A stretch of 64,000 bases of DNA from Pseudomonadota bacterium (GCA_043821645.1 JBDRCO010000003.1:1-64000), one strand, 5' to 3'; positions 30,360-40,719 are shown, numbered from the stretch's first letter. The notes: a model not told the origin generated them from the letters alone. Numbers and translations are program-made.

Positions 30360-32335
30360 CAGTCGTACCTCAATCCCTCGACAGGATTCAGGCGTGCGGC
30401 CTGCAGCGAGGGGTAGAGCGTGGCCAGGTAGCTGACGACGATCGCGGACAGTGCGACCACCACGAACTCGGCCGGGTTCATGCGCACCGGGAGCTGCGAG
30501 ATGTAGTAGACCTCGGGATCCAGGCCGACGCCGAACTGGCGGATGCCCAGGCAGGAGACGAAGCCCAGGACCACTCCGAGCACCGTGCCCACCGCACCGA
30601 TGATCAGCCCGTAGACGACGAAGATCTTCATGATGCTCGGGTCGGTGGCGCCCATGGACTTGAGAATGGAGATCTCCTTGCCCTTTTCGAGCACCACCAT
30701 GATCAACGTCGACAGGATGTTGAAGCTGGCCACCAGGATGATGAAGGTCAGGATGATGAACATGGCGATCTTCTCGAGCTTGAGCGCCGAGAACAGGTTG
30801 CGGTTCATCTCCTTCCAGTCCTTGGTCCGGTAGGGGTAGCCGCCCAGGGTCTGCAGGATGCTGCGCGAGATGGCGGTGGTGGCCTCGATGTCATCGACCT
30901 TGACCTCGATGCCCGTGACCGCTCCGTTGGTGGTGAAGAACTGCTGGGCCTCGTCGAGGTGGATGTAGACGAACTTGGCGTCGTACTCATACATGCCCGA
31001 GTAGAAGATGCCGGCGATCCGGAACACCTTGGCCTTGGGCACGGGGCCCGTCGGCCCCAGTTCGCCCACCGGCGACACCACGTTGATGGGGTCCCCCACG
31101 AAGACCTTGAGGCTGCGCGCGAGTTCCTGGCCGATGATGATGCCTGGAAGTGGCGCGTGCGTCCCCTCGTCGCCGAGGTCGGGCAGAGCGTCTGGATCCA
31201 GCTCAGGTTCGGCAGGCTTCGAGGTCGCACCCGGCGTGTCGGGGGGCAATCCGAACGATCGGTCATCGCCCCCTGTGTGCTGGATCTCCTCGGGCCGGAT
31301 CAGGTTCTCCAGCTTGCCCTGCACCATGTTGCCCGCCAGGTCGGACACCTGCTCGGCGGTCTCGGGGCGAATGCCCTTGATGATGGCGCCCGAGAGGTTG
31401 ATCTCGCTCGAGACCATGACCTCGTTGAGGACGAAGGGTGACGCACCGGTCACACCTCGCGTTGCCCGGACCTTCTCCACCACGTCCTCGTACTCGGTGA
31501 AGTCGGTGCCGTAGCGCAGCACGATGAGGTGCGCGTTGGCGCCCAGGATCTTGCCGCGCAGATCGGTCATGAAGCCGCTCATCACGCTGAGCACGACAAG
31601 CATGGCCCACACGCCCACGGCCACGCCGCCTATCGAGATGACGGTGATCACCGAGATGAAGCTCGAGCGGCGCTTGGCCATCAGGTAGCGTCGTCCGACC
31701 CAGGCCTCGTAGGAGAAGTGCAGCGATAGCCGGCCGTCCCCCGCCACCATGAAGCCGATGCTCCCGCCGAGCATGCGGGACACCTCCAGAATGAGGTAGC
31801 CCGCGATGGTGACGACGAGAAAGAACACAGGTGTGGTGCCGTAGGTGAAGGCCACCTCGACCCTGGGGCCCAGCGCCACGATGCCCAGCAGCAGCGCGAG
31901 ATCGATGCACAGGGACTCAAAAAATGCGACGCGGCGCGCGATCACCGCCGCGACAAAGCCGCCGATCAGACCGCCAACGATGAGCCCGCCCACGATGTAC
32001 GACTGCAGGGTCTCGCCCCGTTCCTCGACCAGCTGGTAGCCGATCGCCAGCGCAGCGGTGACGCTGAGCAGGCCGATGACCACGGCAAGGGCTGCGGCCA
32101 GGGGGTGAAAGCGCGGGTGGCGGCGCGGGCTGGCTGGCGCCTCCTGGCGCCGCGGGAGCAGGCTGGCAATCACCGCGGCAAGCGGACCGCTGACCAGCCC
32201 GAGCAGGGTCAGGGCCCAGCGCGAGCGACCTCGATCCCGGGCGATGAGCGAGGCCAGGGGTGCGCCCAGCAGGATGGCCACCAGGGCCACCATGCTCAGG
32301 GCAATGGGTCGAAAGAAGCCGAGCTCGTCGATCAT
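30359..32335 (-). CDS. lolE: LolC/E permease with an extended N-terminal membrane region
   Basis: [73 protein letters not shown]. Confidence 0.9.
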   Translation of the reverse strand: MIDELGFFRPIALSMVALVAILLGAPLASLIARDRGRSRWALTLLGLVSGPLAAVIASLLPRRQEAPASPRRHPRFHPLAAALAVVIGLLSVTAALAIGYQLVEERGETLQSYIVGGLIVGGLIGGFVAAVIARRVAFFESLCIDLALLLGIVALGPRVEVAFTYGTTPVFFLVVTIAGYLILEVSRMLGGSIGFMVAGDGRLSLHFSYEAWVGRRYLMAKRRSSFISVITVISIGGVAVGVWAMLVVLSVMSGFMTDLRGKILGANAHLIVLRYGTDFTEYEDVVEKVRATRGVTGASPFVLNEVMVSSEINLSGAIIKGIRPETAEQVSDLAGNMVQGKLENLIRPEEIQHTGGDDRSFGLPPDTPGATSKPAEPELDPDALPDLGDEGTHAPLPGIIIGQELARSLKVFVGDPINVVSPVGELGPTGPVPKAKVFRIAGIFYSGMYEYDAKFVYIHLDEAQQFFTTNGAVTGIEVKVDDIEATTAISRSILQTLGGYPYRTKDWKEMNRNLFSALKLEKIAMFIILTFIILVASFNILSTLIMVVLEKGKEISILKSMGATDPSIMKIFVVYGLIIGAVGTVLGVVLGFVSCLGIRQFGVGLDPEVYYISQLPVRMNPAEFVVVALSAIVVSYLATLYPSLQAARLNPVEGLRYD

Positions 32336-32398
32336 GCCAGCCGCCGATCTCCAGCACCTGCCAGGCGGGTTCTGCGCTCAACCCGCGACCCAGTGTCG

Positions 32399-34117
32399 CT
32401 ATTCCGTTGGGGTATCGATCGTGGCCGCCTCATCGTCACCACTCTCCATGCGCCGCAGCTGCGGGAACAGGATGACCTCGCGGATGGTGGCCGCGTTACA
32501 CAGCACCATGGTCAGGCGGTCGATGCCGATGCCCTCTCCTGCTGTGGGGGGCATGCCGACCTCGAGGGCGCGCACGAAGTCCTCGTCCATGTCCGGGGCC
32601 TCCTCGTCTCCGCGTCGCTTGAGCCGGACCTGATCCTCGAACCGTCGACGCTGTTCCATCGGGTCGTTGAGCTCGCTGAAAGCATTGGCGAGTTCCATGC
32701 CGGCGGCAAAGAATTCGAAGCGGTCGACCACCGCAGGGTCGGCGTCGTGTTGGCGAGCCAGGGGCGAGGCGGGCAGGGGGTAGTCGGTGATGAAGGTGGG
32801 CTGGATCAGCGTGGCCTCGACCTCGTGATCGAAGCAGGCATAGAGCAGGTGCAGAGCCAGGGCGCGTCGCCGGTCAGGGCTGAGGGCCTCGTCGAGGCGG
32901 CCGCAGAGGCGGGTCAGGGCGGTCTTGCGGTCCGGGTCCGCCAAGTAGGCGGCGCGGGCCGACTTCACCAGGGCTGCCGGGTTGTCGCCGCTGGCGCCAG
33001 GTACCAGAGTACTCAGCTCGTCGTCGTCGAGATTCTGCAAGATGGCGTCGATGGGATCGGTGTCGAGGCAGTGCTCGAACACGAGCTCGCCAGCCCGCGA
33101 GGCCGAGTCGATGCTCCGAAGCGGACCCACTCCGAGGTGCTGACCCACCGCATCGGCCATGGCGATCCGGGTGAAGGGCCGGGCAAAAGAGATGCGATGC
33201 TCGCCGAACTCGACCACCTCGTCACCCGCCACGCGCGTGGCAAGCCTGTTCAGCAGCTCCTCGGTGAGCAGGATCAGGTCCTCGGCCGTGGCATAGGCCT
33301 GGTAGAGCTCGAGCGAGGTGAACTCGGGATTGTGCTTCTTGCTCAGCCCCTCGTTGCGGAAGCAGCGCCCGATCTCGTACACGCGCTCGAGGCCGCCGAC
33401 GACCAGGCGCTTGAGGTGCAGCTCGGTGGCGATGCGCAGGTACAGGTCCTGACCCAGGGCGTTGTGGTGGGTCACGAAGGGTTGGGCGCTGGCGCCGCCT
33501 GCCACGTCCTGCAGGATGGGGGTCTCGACCTCCAGGAACTCACGCACATCCAGAAACTGGCGAATGCCCGAGATGATGGCCGCGCGGCGTCTGAAGATCT
33601 CACGCGCCGCCGGATTGGCGATCAGATCGACGTAGCGACGACGGTAGCGCTGCTCCACGTCGGTCAGGCCGTGCCACTTCTCGGGAGGTGGTTGCAGCGA
33701 CTTGGTGAGGATGCGCAATCCCTCGGCAGCCAGGGTCAGCTCCCCCGTGCGCGTTCGCATGGGTGTGCCGGCCACCCCCACGATGTCGCCGAGGTCGAAG
33801 AGCTTGAGGTGCCCGTAGGCCGCCTCGCCGATGGTGTCCTGCTTGACGAAGATCTGCAGCACGCCGGTGCGATCCTGGAGATTGAAGAAGGTGCTCTTGC
33901 CGTGGCGGCGCAGCGACACGATCCGGCCTGCCACGATGTAGATCTTGGTCGACCCTTGCAGGCTCTCGGTGCTGTCGCCCTGGTGCCGCTCGTGGACCTC
34001 GGTACAGGTCAACTCGGGCTTGAAGTCGTTGGCATAGGCGCGGTAGCCGGCCCGGGTCAGCTCGTCGAGCTTGCTCTGCCGCTGCTCGCGCAGGGTATCC
34101 TCGTGAGACGTCGTCAT
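32399..34117 (-). CDS. lysS: Lysine--tRNA ligase (class II)
   Basis: PPEKWHGLTDVEQRYRRRYVDL, YLRIATELHLKRL, FRNEG..HNPEF, GMPPTAGEGIGIDRL. Confidence 0.97.
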   Translation of the reverse strand: MTTSHEDTLREQRQSKLDELTRAGYRAYANDFKPELTCTEVHERHQGDSTESLQGSTKIYIVAGRIVSLRRHGKSTFFNLQDRTGVLQIFVKQDTIGEAAYGHLKLFDLGDIVGVAGTPMRTRTGELTLAAEGLRILTKSLQPPPEKWHGLTDVEQRYRRRYVDLIANPAAREIFRRRAAIISGIRQFLDVREFLEVETPILQDVAGGASAQPFVTHHNALGQDLYLRIATELHLKRLVVGGLERVYEIGRCFRNEGLSKKHNPEFTSLELYQAYATAEDLILLTEELLNRLATRVAGDEVVEFGEHRISFARPFTRIAMADAVGQHLGVGPLRSIDSASRAGELVFEHCLDTDPIDAILQNLDDDELSTLVPGASGDNPAALVKSARAAYLADPDRKTALTRLCGRLDEALSPDRRRALALHLLYACFDHEVEATLIQPTFITDYPLPASPLARQHDADPAVVDRFEFFAAGMELANAFSELNDPMEQRRRFEDQVRLKRRGDEEAPDMDEDFVRALEVGMPPTAGEGIGIDRLTMVLCNAATIREVILFPQLRRMESGDDEAATIDTPTE

Positions 34118-34194
34118 GGCGTGCCTCGTGCTTGGCCCGGGAAAGGGAACCAAGCGATATGTGCCCGGCCAAAGGGAGTCAAGTCACGCGGACG

Positions 34195-35332
34195 TCAGCT
34201 CTCACCCGGAGGTGTCATTCCCACGCCCTCGAGCAGGGCTTTCTCCAGGAAGTCGTGCAGGTCACCGTCGAGCACCGCTTCAACGTTGCCGCGCTCGTAG
34301 CCCGTGCGCAGATCCTTGGCCAGGCGATAGGGGTGCAGCACGTAGTTCCGGATCTGCGAGCCGAAGGAGATCTCCATCTTGGCACTCTCGGTGGCGTCGC
34401 GCACGGCCTCGCGCTTCTTCACCTCGTGCTTGTACAGCTTGGCCTTGAGCAGCTTGAGCGCCAGCGCGCGGTTCTTGTGCTGGCTGCGCTCCTGCTGACA
34501 CAGCACGACGATGCCCGTGGGCAGGTGGGTGAAGCGCACCGCGCTCTCGGTCTTGTTGACGTGCTGACCGCCCGCACCCCCTGAACGCAGGGTGTCGATC
34601 TTGAGGTCTTCGTCCTTGACCTCGATGTCGATGTCGTCGTCGACCTCGGGGTACACATAGGCGCTGGCAAATGAGGTGTGGCGCCGCTGATTGCTGTCGA
34701 AGGGCGAGATGCGCACCAGGCGGTGCACGCCGCTCTCGACCTTGAGGTAGCCATAGGCGTACTCGCCGGTGATGTGCAGGGTGCAGCTCTTGATGCCTGC
34801 CTCGTCACCGTCCTGCTGGTCCATCACCTCGACCTGCCAGCCGCGCCGCTCGACGTAGCGCAGGTACATCCGCATGAGCATCTGCGCCCAGTCCTGGCTG
34901 TCGGTGCCGCCGGCGCCGGCGTTGATATCGAGGTAGGCATTCCGAACATCGTCCGCGCTGCCCAGGATGCGCTGGAACTCCATCTCCTCGACGGCCTGGC
35001 GCACACCCTCCAGATCCTTGCTGACGTCCGCCAGGGCGGCGGCATCCTCCTCCTCGACGACCAGGTCGATGAGCTCTGGCAGGTCCTTCAGGGTGTGATC
35101 GGCGCGGTCGAAGCGCTGCACGGCGGTGTCGAGCTGCGAGCGCTCGCGCTGCACCGAGGCGGCTTTTTCTTGTTCATTCCAGAAGTTCGGCCTGCCGATT
35201 TCTTCATCGAGCCTGTCGCGCCGTGCGCGCTTGCCCTCGACGTCAAAGATAACCCCGGAGCCCCTGCAGGCGCTGGGTGAGGTCCTTGACCAGGTTGCGC
35301 ATCTCGTTGATCTGTATGTTCAGGTCCGCCAT
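34195..35332 (-). CDS. prfB: Peptide chain release factor 2, translated via a +1 frameshift
   Basis: 29-codon first frame MADLNIQ..LRGYL ends CTT TGA C at 35248-35242; the second frame carries SPF and GGQ motifs. Confidence 0.97.
35242..35260 (-). promoter_or_regulatory. prfB programmed +1 frameshift site
   Basis: CGG GGT TAT CTT TGA C: internal SD-like GGGG followed by the CTTTGAC slippery stop. Confidence 0.93.
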
Positions 35333-35597
35333 GGCAGCTCTCTCCGCCGGCGCTCGATGTGGCCGCGCCGGGGCGCATCATGATGGCCCGGGCCCGGCAA
35401 TTCAAGGGGCCGCTGCGTGCCACCCCGCACCCTCAGAATGCAGCGGCCGCGGCATCGCTCGCACGGCCGGTGAATGGCTCGGGCCTCAGAACACTTGATG
35501 GAGCCGAGATGGCGCAGCTATCCTGAGCCAACGACCCGGGAAGCGCGTGCCGCCGGGCACGTGGACAGTGAACCGGGGTCGTGAGAAAACAGGCTCC

Positions 35598-37784
35598 ATG
35601 ATCGTCGAGTGCAAGAACTGCCAGACCAAGTTCCGGATCGCCGACGACAAAGTCACGGCGCGCGGGACCAAGGTGCGCTGCTCCAAGTGCCAGCACACGT
35701 TTGTTGTGCGCAAGGACGAGGCTGCCCCCGATGTCGCTGCCGCGTCACCCAGCACCGAGATCCAGACCCGGGTCAGCAAGCCTTTGTCCGCTCCAGCTTC
35801 CTCGAAGACCATGCAGATGTTCGCGGTCTCGCCCGCGGACATTCGCACCAGCGCCAGCGCCGCGAGCTTTGACCTTGACGGCGGGGTCTCCACCGACCCC
35901 TTTGCCGTGCCCGATACGATGGCAGCGCACAAGGCCTCCTTCGATGACGCCGGCGTGCCACCCACCAATCCTCTGGGAGCCGCCAACGCTGCCTTTGGCG
36001 GTATGGGCCAGGCTGGTCCTGCGCTGCGCGGGGCATCCCCTCGTGCGTCCTCACCGCAGGAGAACACGAGGCGTCTTGACGCACCCGCAGGGCCTCCAGA
36101 TCCCTTCGGGCCGCCTGCCTCGCAGAGCGCGCCGCAAGACCGCACGGATGTGACCGTGCAGACCGACCCCTTTGCTGCGCGAGGAGATCTGTTCGGCGGA
36201 TCGATGTCCTTTGACCAGGACGAGCCCGAACCGCCTGTCCCGGTCTCTCCTCCTCCCGCGGCAGCCATTGCCGGCACGCAGGCGGACCCCTTCGGCGAGA
36301 CAGCGGTGGCCAAGCCGCCCAGGCTTCCTCCGCAGACACCGCCCGCAGAATTTCAGGATCCCTTCGGCATGCCCGCGACGGCTGCAGCCAGGCCATCTGG
36401 AGGGGTGGCCCGGGCTGCGAACGCACAGAGCAGCCCCTTTGCTCCTCCCCCGGCCGAGGCCGCCGATCCCTTCGCCGCGATGAGCCCCCCGCCCGCGCTT
36501 GCTGCGGCGCTTCCACAAGAGGATCCCTTCGGCGCTCTCGCGCACGATCCCGTCGCAGCTCCCTTCAGTCCACCGCCCGGCCCCAGCGCCGGCGCCGATC
36601 CCCTGGCTCCCGCGAGCGGTTCCGCGGCACTGGGTGGCAGCGCAGAAGACATCTTCGGTGGCCTGGGGCTGCCGGACGCGGTGGCCAGCCAGACGGTGCC
36701 CTGGGGCAGTGGGGCGGGCGAAGCGAGCTTCGAGAATGCCCTCGATGCAGAGACCCGGGTTCGCACCGTCGATGACGACATGCTCAAGATGCTGGCTACC
36801 TACAGCGCAACCGAGCAGGCCTCGGCCGAGCCGCAGGTGGTGGCTCCAGCGACAGTGCCCGCCCCGAAGCCAATCGAGGACACCGACGACGCGGTCCCCA
36901 CACCTGGCCGAGGTGTGGTGTTGCACGTTGCTCAGGGCTTGTTTGGCCTGATGCTGGCCGCCGCCATGCTGCTGGGTGTCTTCCACTTCAGGGGTGGGCG
37001 CTTTCAGGACCTTTCGCTGGGGCACGTGTTCCGGGTCGTGCTGTTTGGTGATCTGGGCTACGTCGATGCTCGCCTCCAGACCGACACCGTCGACGTCGTG
37101 ACCTACGAGCTGTCCTCGCACCATAGGGTCGTGGTGGTGACGGGGGAGGTGCGCAACAAGGGCTCCGATGCGCTTCCGGGGGTGGTGGTCAAGGGCGTCC
37201 TGCGCGATCCCGCTGGCCAGGAGATCGGATCCGGTGAGGTCTATGCCGGTGCCGTGCTCGATCCCTTCGAACTCGAACGCCTCAAGGCTGCGCCAGCGGC
37301 CACTCGCTACCTGAACGCCAAGGTCGCCAGGCAGGCGAGTGCACTGGCGCCAGGCGCGAGCTGGGCGTTTTCCCTGGTCCTGGCCGCACCCGGCGATGCG
37401 GACCTCACCGCGAGCGCCCTGGACATCGCGCTGCATGCGGCAGACGCTCCTCGCGCGTCGGCCCTCGAGGGAGCGCTGGAACCCGCCACCGAGCCGACCG
37501 AGGGTGGATCCGCCAAACCCGATACGACGGGATCCACGACCCACAAGGGCGACCGCAATGCCGAGCCCGCCACTCCAGCCGCCGCTACCAAGGACAAGCC
37601 TGCCGCCCGTCCGACAGCCGATCCTGGCACCAAGCCCGGACTCAAGGCACCGGCCACCAAGCCCACGCCAGTGGCTCGGCCAAAGCCCACGCCCGTCGCC
37701 CCGCGCAAGCCGGCACCCGAACCCACTGCCGCGCCTCCACCGCCACCACCACCTCCTCCCCCCCCGCCACCGCCAGGCGAGTGA
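35598..37784 (+). CDS. MJ0042-type zinc-ribbon single-pass membrane protein (DUF3426-like)
   Basis: MIVECKNCQTKFRIADDKV..KVRCSKCQHTF; long Pro/Ala linker with DPF motifs; one TM; VVTGEVRN domain; poly-Pro tail. Confidence 0.85.
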   Translation: MIVECKNCQTKFRIADDKVTARGTKVRCSKCQHTFVVRKDEAAPDVAAASPSTEIQTRVSKPLSAPASSKTMQMFAVSPADIRTSASAASFDLDGGVSTDPFAVPDTMAAHKASFDDAGVPPTNPLGAANAAFGGMGQAGPALRGASPRASSPQENTRRLDAPAGPPDPFGPPASQSAPQDRTDVTVQTDPFAARGDLFGGSMSFDQDEPEPPVPVSPPPAAAIAGTQADPFGETAVAKPPRLPPQTPPAEFQDPFGMPATAAARPSGGVARAANAQSSPFAPPPAEAADPFAAMSPPPALAAALPQEDPFGALAHDPVAAPFSPPPGPSAGADPLAPASGSAALGGSAEDIFGGLGLPDAVASQTVPWGSGAGEASFENALDAETRVRTVDDDMLKMLATYSATEQASAEPQVVAPATVPAPKPIEDTDDAVPTPGRGVVLHVAQGLFGLMLAAAMLLGVFHFRGGRFQDLSLGHVFRVVLFGDLGYVDARLQTDTVDVVTYELSSHHRVVVVTGEVRNKGSDALPGVVVKGVLRDPAGQEIGSGEVYAGAVLDPFELERLKAAPAATRYLNAKVARQASALAPGASWAFSLVLAAPGDADLTASALDIALHAADAPRASALEGALEPATEPTEGGSAKPDTTGSTTHKGDRNAEPATPAAATKDKPAARPTADPGTKPGLKAPATKPTPVARPKPTPVAPRKPAPEPTAAPPPPPPPPPPPPPPGE

Positions 37785-38911
37785 TGGCCGGTGGGGCCCA
37801 CAGCATCGCGCAGCTGTGGCAGCGGATCCTCGGCGACCCGTCAGGTGAGGCGCGCCTGCACACCGTGCTCGAATGGCTGAACACCCAGGCCACCGCAGAG
37901 CAATGCGACGACCTGGTGGTGCACCTCGAGGACGCAGCCTTCTCGAGTGGTGACGGGGATTCGCTGCGCGCGCTCGTGCAAGCTGCGGCGGCCTCCGGTC
38001 GCTTGAGCTACGATGCGGTCGAGCGGCTCTACCTCGCCGCCGTGCAACTGGGTGACGACCTCCTGAGCGAGCGGCTGCTCGGTCTGCAGCACGGGCCCGC
38101 GGCGATCCGCCACCAGGTGGAGCCAGAGGATCCGCGAAGCCAGCCCGAACAGCCTCCGGACGATGAGACCAGACTCGCGCTGCAGGAGCTGCTGACCCTG
38201 CTCCGGGCCCTCTCCGAGTTCACGCAGCGCACGGCTGTGCTGTCCGAGTGGATGGACCGCCTGGGTGCAGAGCGCGTGGTGCGCGTGCTTGGCGCGGCCC
38301 TGTACGCCATCGGCGAAGGGCAGGGTGACGCCAGGATCGCCGTCGATGTGTTCCATGCGGTGATGGTGGGCGAGCAGCTCAGCTACGAGCATCGGGCTCG
38401 CCTGTACGAGGAGGCCGTGACCCAGGGACGGATCGGTGTGCAGCGGCTTGTCCTGGCCCCGCCGGCGCAGGAGATCGACACCCAGGGGCACGATCCCAAG
38501 GGCTCCCTGGCAGCCAAGGGCCAGCCCCTGGGCATGCGGACCTGGCTCGCCCGGCGCGCCGGACGCGATCTCATCGACCGCCTGCTGCTGGATCCGGATG
38601 CCAGCGTGGTGGCCAACCTGCTGCTCAACCCTATGCTGACCGAGAGCGACGTGCTCCGCATCGCGTCGCGGCGTCCCAACCGACCCGACGTCCTGCTCGA
38701 GCTGAGCCAGGCACCGCGCTGGAACCGTCGCTACGCCCTGCGCCGCGCGCTGGTGTTCAATCCCTACACTCCGGTGGATCTGGCCCTGCGCCAGGTGCCG
38801 TTTCTCACGCGGGCGGATCTGCTCTCCGTCGCAGGCGACGCCAAGCTGCACCAGGAAGTGCGGGACGGCGCCCGTGCCCTCGCGCACAAGCGCCCCCCGA
38901 CCCGGGTGTGA
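37784..38911 (+). CDS. Hypothetical helical-repeat protein
   Basis: RLLLDPDASVVANLLLNP, RRALVFNPYTP; TGATG coupling with the upstream gene. Confidence 0.7.
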   Translation: MAGGAHSIAQLWQRILGDPSGEARLHTVLEWLNTQATAEQCDDLVVHLEDAAFSSGDGDSLRALVQAAAASGRLSYDAVERLYLAAVQLGDDLLSERLLGLQHGPAAIRHQVEPEDPRSQPEQPPDDETRLALQELLTLLRALSEFTQRTAVLSEWMDRLGAERVVRVLGAALYAIGEGQGDARIAVDVFHAVMVGEQLSYEHRARLYEEAVTQGRIGVQRLVLAPPAQEIDTQGHDPKGSLAAKGQPLGMRTWLARRAGRDLIDRLLLDPDASVVANLLLNPMLTESDVLRIASRRPNRPDVLLELSQAPRWNRRYALRRALVFNPYTPVDLALRQVPFLTRADLLSVAGDAKLHQEVRDGARALAHKRPPTRV

Positions 38912-38953
38912 ACTCTGTGCTGTGACGAGGGAGGCGCAGATTCTGAAGAGGCG

Positions 38954-39160
38954 CTAGCTGTCTTTACTGGCGGGATTTTTCGCGTCACCCTCTGGCAGCT
39001 CGTCCTTCTTGGGCGAGACGTCGATCTCGTCGCCACGCAGACCGCGCTTGAAGGATCGCACACCTCGCCCGACCGCCTCGGCCAGGGCCGGGATGCGGCT
39101 GGCGCCGAACAGCAGCACCACGACCACCAGGATCAGGATCAGTTCGGTGGTACCGATCAT
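38954..39160 (-). CDS. tatA: Twin-arginine translocase TatA/E
   Basis: IGTTELILILVVVVLLFGASRIPALAEAVGRGVRSFKRGL. Confidence 0.93.
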   Translation of the reverse strand: MIGTTELILILVVVVLLFGASRIPALAEAVGRGVRSFKRGLRGDEIDVSPKKDELPEGDAKNPASKDS

Positions 39161-39201
39161 CTCTCGCCATCCGCGCGGGTCGGCGCTCGGCGCCTGCTCC
39201 G

Positions 39202-40077
39202 CTAGAAATTCAGGGACAGCTGGAAGCCAAGCTGTTGAACCGACTGCTGTCCCGCAAAGTTAATATCGCCCTCGATGGTCAGATCGAAGATGAAGCTGCC
39301 GAGTCGAAGGCCAGCCACGGCGCGGTGGTAGCCGTTGCCCAGGATGCTCACCTGGTCAAAAGTGAAGTTGCCGCCGATGTCGTCCGCCGAGCGCGGATCC
39401 GGGTCGATCACCGCCGAGGCGGCGTTGATGGCCACGTAGTTGTAGCCCGCGAAGGGCGCCAGCCGCATCATCCCGAACAGGCCAAAAGTCTTGGAGATCT
39501 GTGCTCCCGCAGAGGCCACGGTGAGGTCGATCTGGTCGTTGCCGAGCAGCCGGTTGACCGACAATGTGACTGCGAGATCTGGCAGCCAGATGAACCCCTC
39601 GTTGAGCGCCCAGCGGATGTCCGCGCCCACCGCGTACATGTGGCTCTCGAACAGGTACTGGCCTCCGCCTCCGACCTCCAGGCTGAACGGAAGGCCCTTG
39701 CGCGCGCGGACACCCAGGGTCTGCAAGACCGGCGGCATGGTACGGCCAGCCTGGCCTCGTTCCGTGGAATCCGCCCAGTAGCTGTTGCTGGGCTGGATGA
39801 AGTGCAGGGTGTAATCCAGGCCAATGTCGAAGCCCGCGTGACCGGGGGTCTCCGAGGGGGCCAGGGACCTGGGTGAGAACACCAGGCCGAGCTCCGTGGT
39901 CAGCCCCTTGAACGCGTCCTGGTCACCCATCACCAGGTCTGTGTTGGGATTCTTCATGGGCTGCCCGTTTGCATCGCGCTGCACCAGGTTGGTCAGCACG
40001 ATATCGTTGGGAGCTGCCCATGCCAGGCTAGCAAAGAGCGCACTTGCGAGGACCACCGGCCAGACATACGCGCGCAT
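39202..40077 (-). CDS. Exported protein, probable outer-membrane beta-barrel
   Basis: Signal peptide (..SLAWA), PSETPGHAGF, RKGLPFSLEVG, alternating beta-strands, C-terminal Phe. Confidence 0.7.
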   Translation of the reverse strand: MRAYVWPVVLASALFASLAWAAPNDIVLTNLVQRDANGQPMKNPNTDLVMGDQDAFKGLTTELGLVFSPRSLAPSETPGHAGFDIGLDYTLHFIQPSNSYWADSTERGQAGRTMPPVLQTLGVRARKGLPFSLEVGGGGQYLFESHMYAVGADIRWALNEGFIWLPDLAVTLSVNRLLGNDQIDLTVASAGAQISKTFGLFGMMRLAPFAGYNYVAINAASAVIDPDPRSADDIGGNFTFDQVSILGNGYHRAVAGLRLGSFIFDLTIEGDINFAGQQSVQQLGFQLSLNF

Positions 40078-40534
40078 GAAGTTCCCCGTTAGCAGGAGCG
40101 GATGGTCTACGACACCTCCCGACGGTTCTGCCGGGCCGCCACAACATAGGGAAAGCTCCGGGTAAGTGTCAAGACCGGTGCTGGACCAGCGGGCAAAAGC
40201 AGGGTGCCGCGAGGTGACGCTAGAAGCCCCGGGCTGGTCAGCACGCTCAAAGTCTCGAATGTCGCAGAGAGCGGCAATCCCAAAAATTAATTTTACCGAA
40301 TCCACACATGCAGCGAAAAGTGCGACTTTGCTAGAGGCTACTTTAGAATCATCGACGTATGGCCAGGTAAAATAAAGTCTTTCATGAAAATTTCGGTTTG
40401 CCGATGGGATGAGCCAGAAAAGCAAAAAAGAGAAGAATCTCAAGCATCCGAATCAATGTTACATAATGTGTTATAAAATGAGCAGATAAGAGCAATAGTT
40501 AAACCTGAATCAAAGGTGTGCTTCAATCTGGATA

Positions 40535-40571
40535 CCACCACATATAGTTACTAGGCAACAATATATAGTAT
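40535..40571. promoter_or_regulatory. Tandem NrdR-box-like sites
   Basis: CCACCACATATAGTTA (40535-40550) and CAACAATATATAGTAT (40556-40571), 21 bp apart. Confidence 0.55.
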
Positions 40572-40616
40572 CTCATCGAGTTTCTCCAAATGCCCGCCAT
40601 GTGTGCGTTTTTTCTA

Positions 40617-40646
40617 TTGACACTCGATCCCCTTCCTCACTAGATT
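40617..40646 (+). promoter_or_regulatory. sigma70 promoter of the dcw cluster
   Basis: TTGACA-N18-TAGATT, immediately before the MraZ repeats. Confidence 0.7.
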
Positions 40647-40694
40647 GTGGATCGAAGTGGGGCGAAGTGGATCGTAGGCGATCGATGTGGATCG
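40647..40694 (+). promoter_or_regulatory. MraZ-binding direct repeats
   Basis: GTGG at 40647, 40657, 40667 and 40687 (degenerate GGCG at 40677), an exact 10-nt period, upstream of mraZ. Confidence 0.85.
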
Positions 40695-40719
40695 CACACT
40701 CCCGAAAAGCGGATAGAAG

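Noticed and set aside
32105-34300. 731-aa plus-strand ORF
   Set aside because: Antisense shadow of lysS.
40250-40700. AT-rich region as oriC
   Set aside because: No TTATCCACA-type DnaA box cluster; the TGTGGATCG motifs fit the 10-nt MraZ repeat period.
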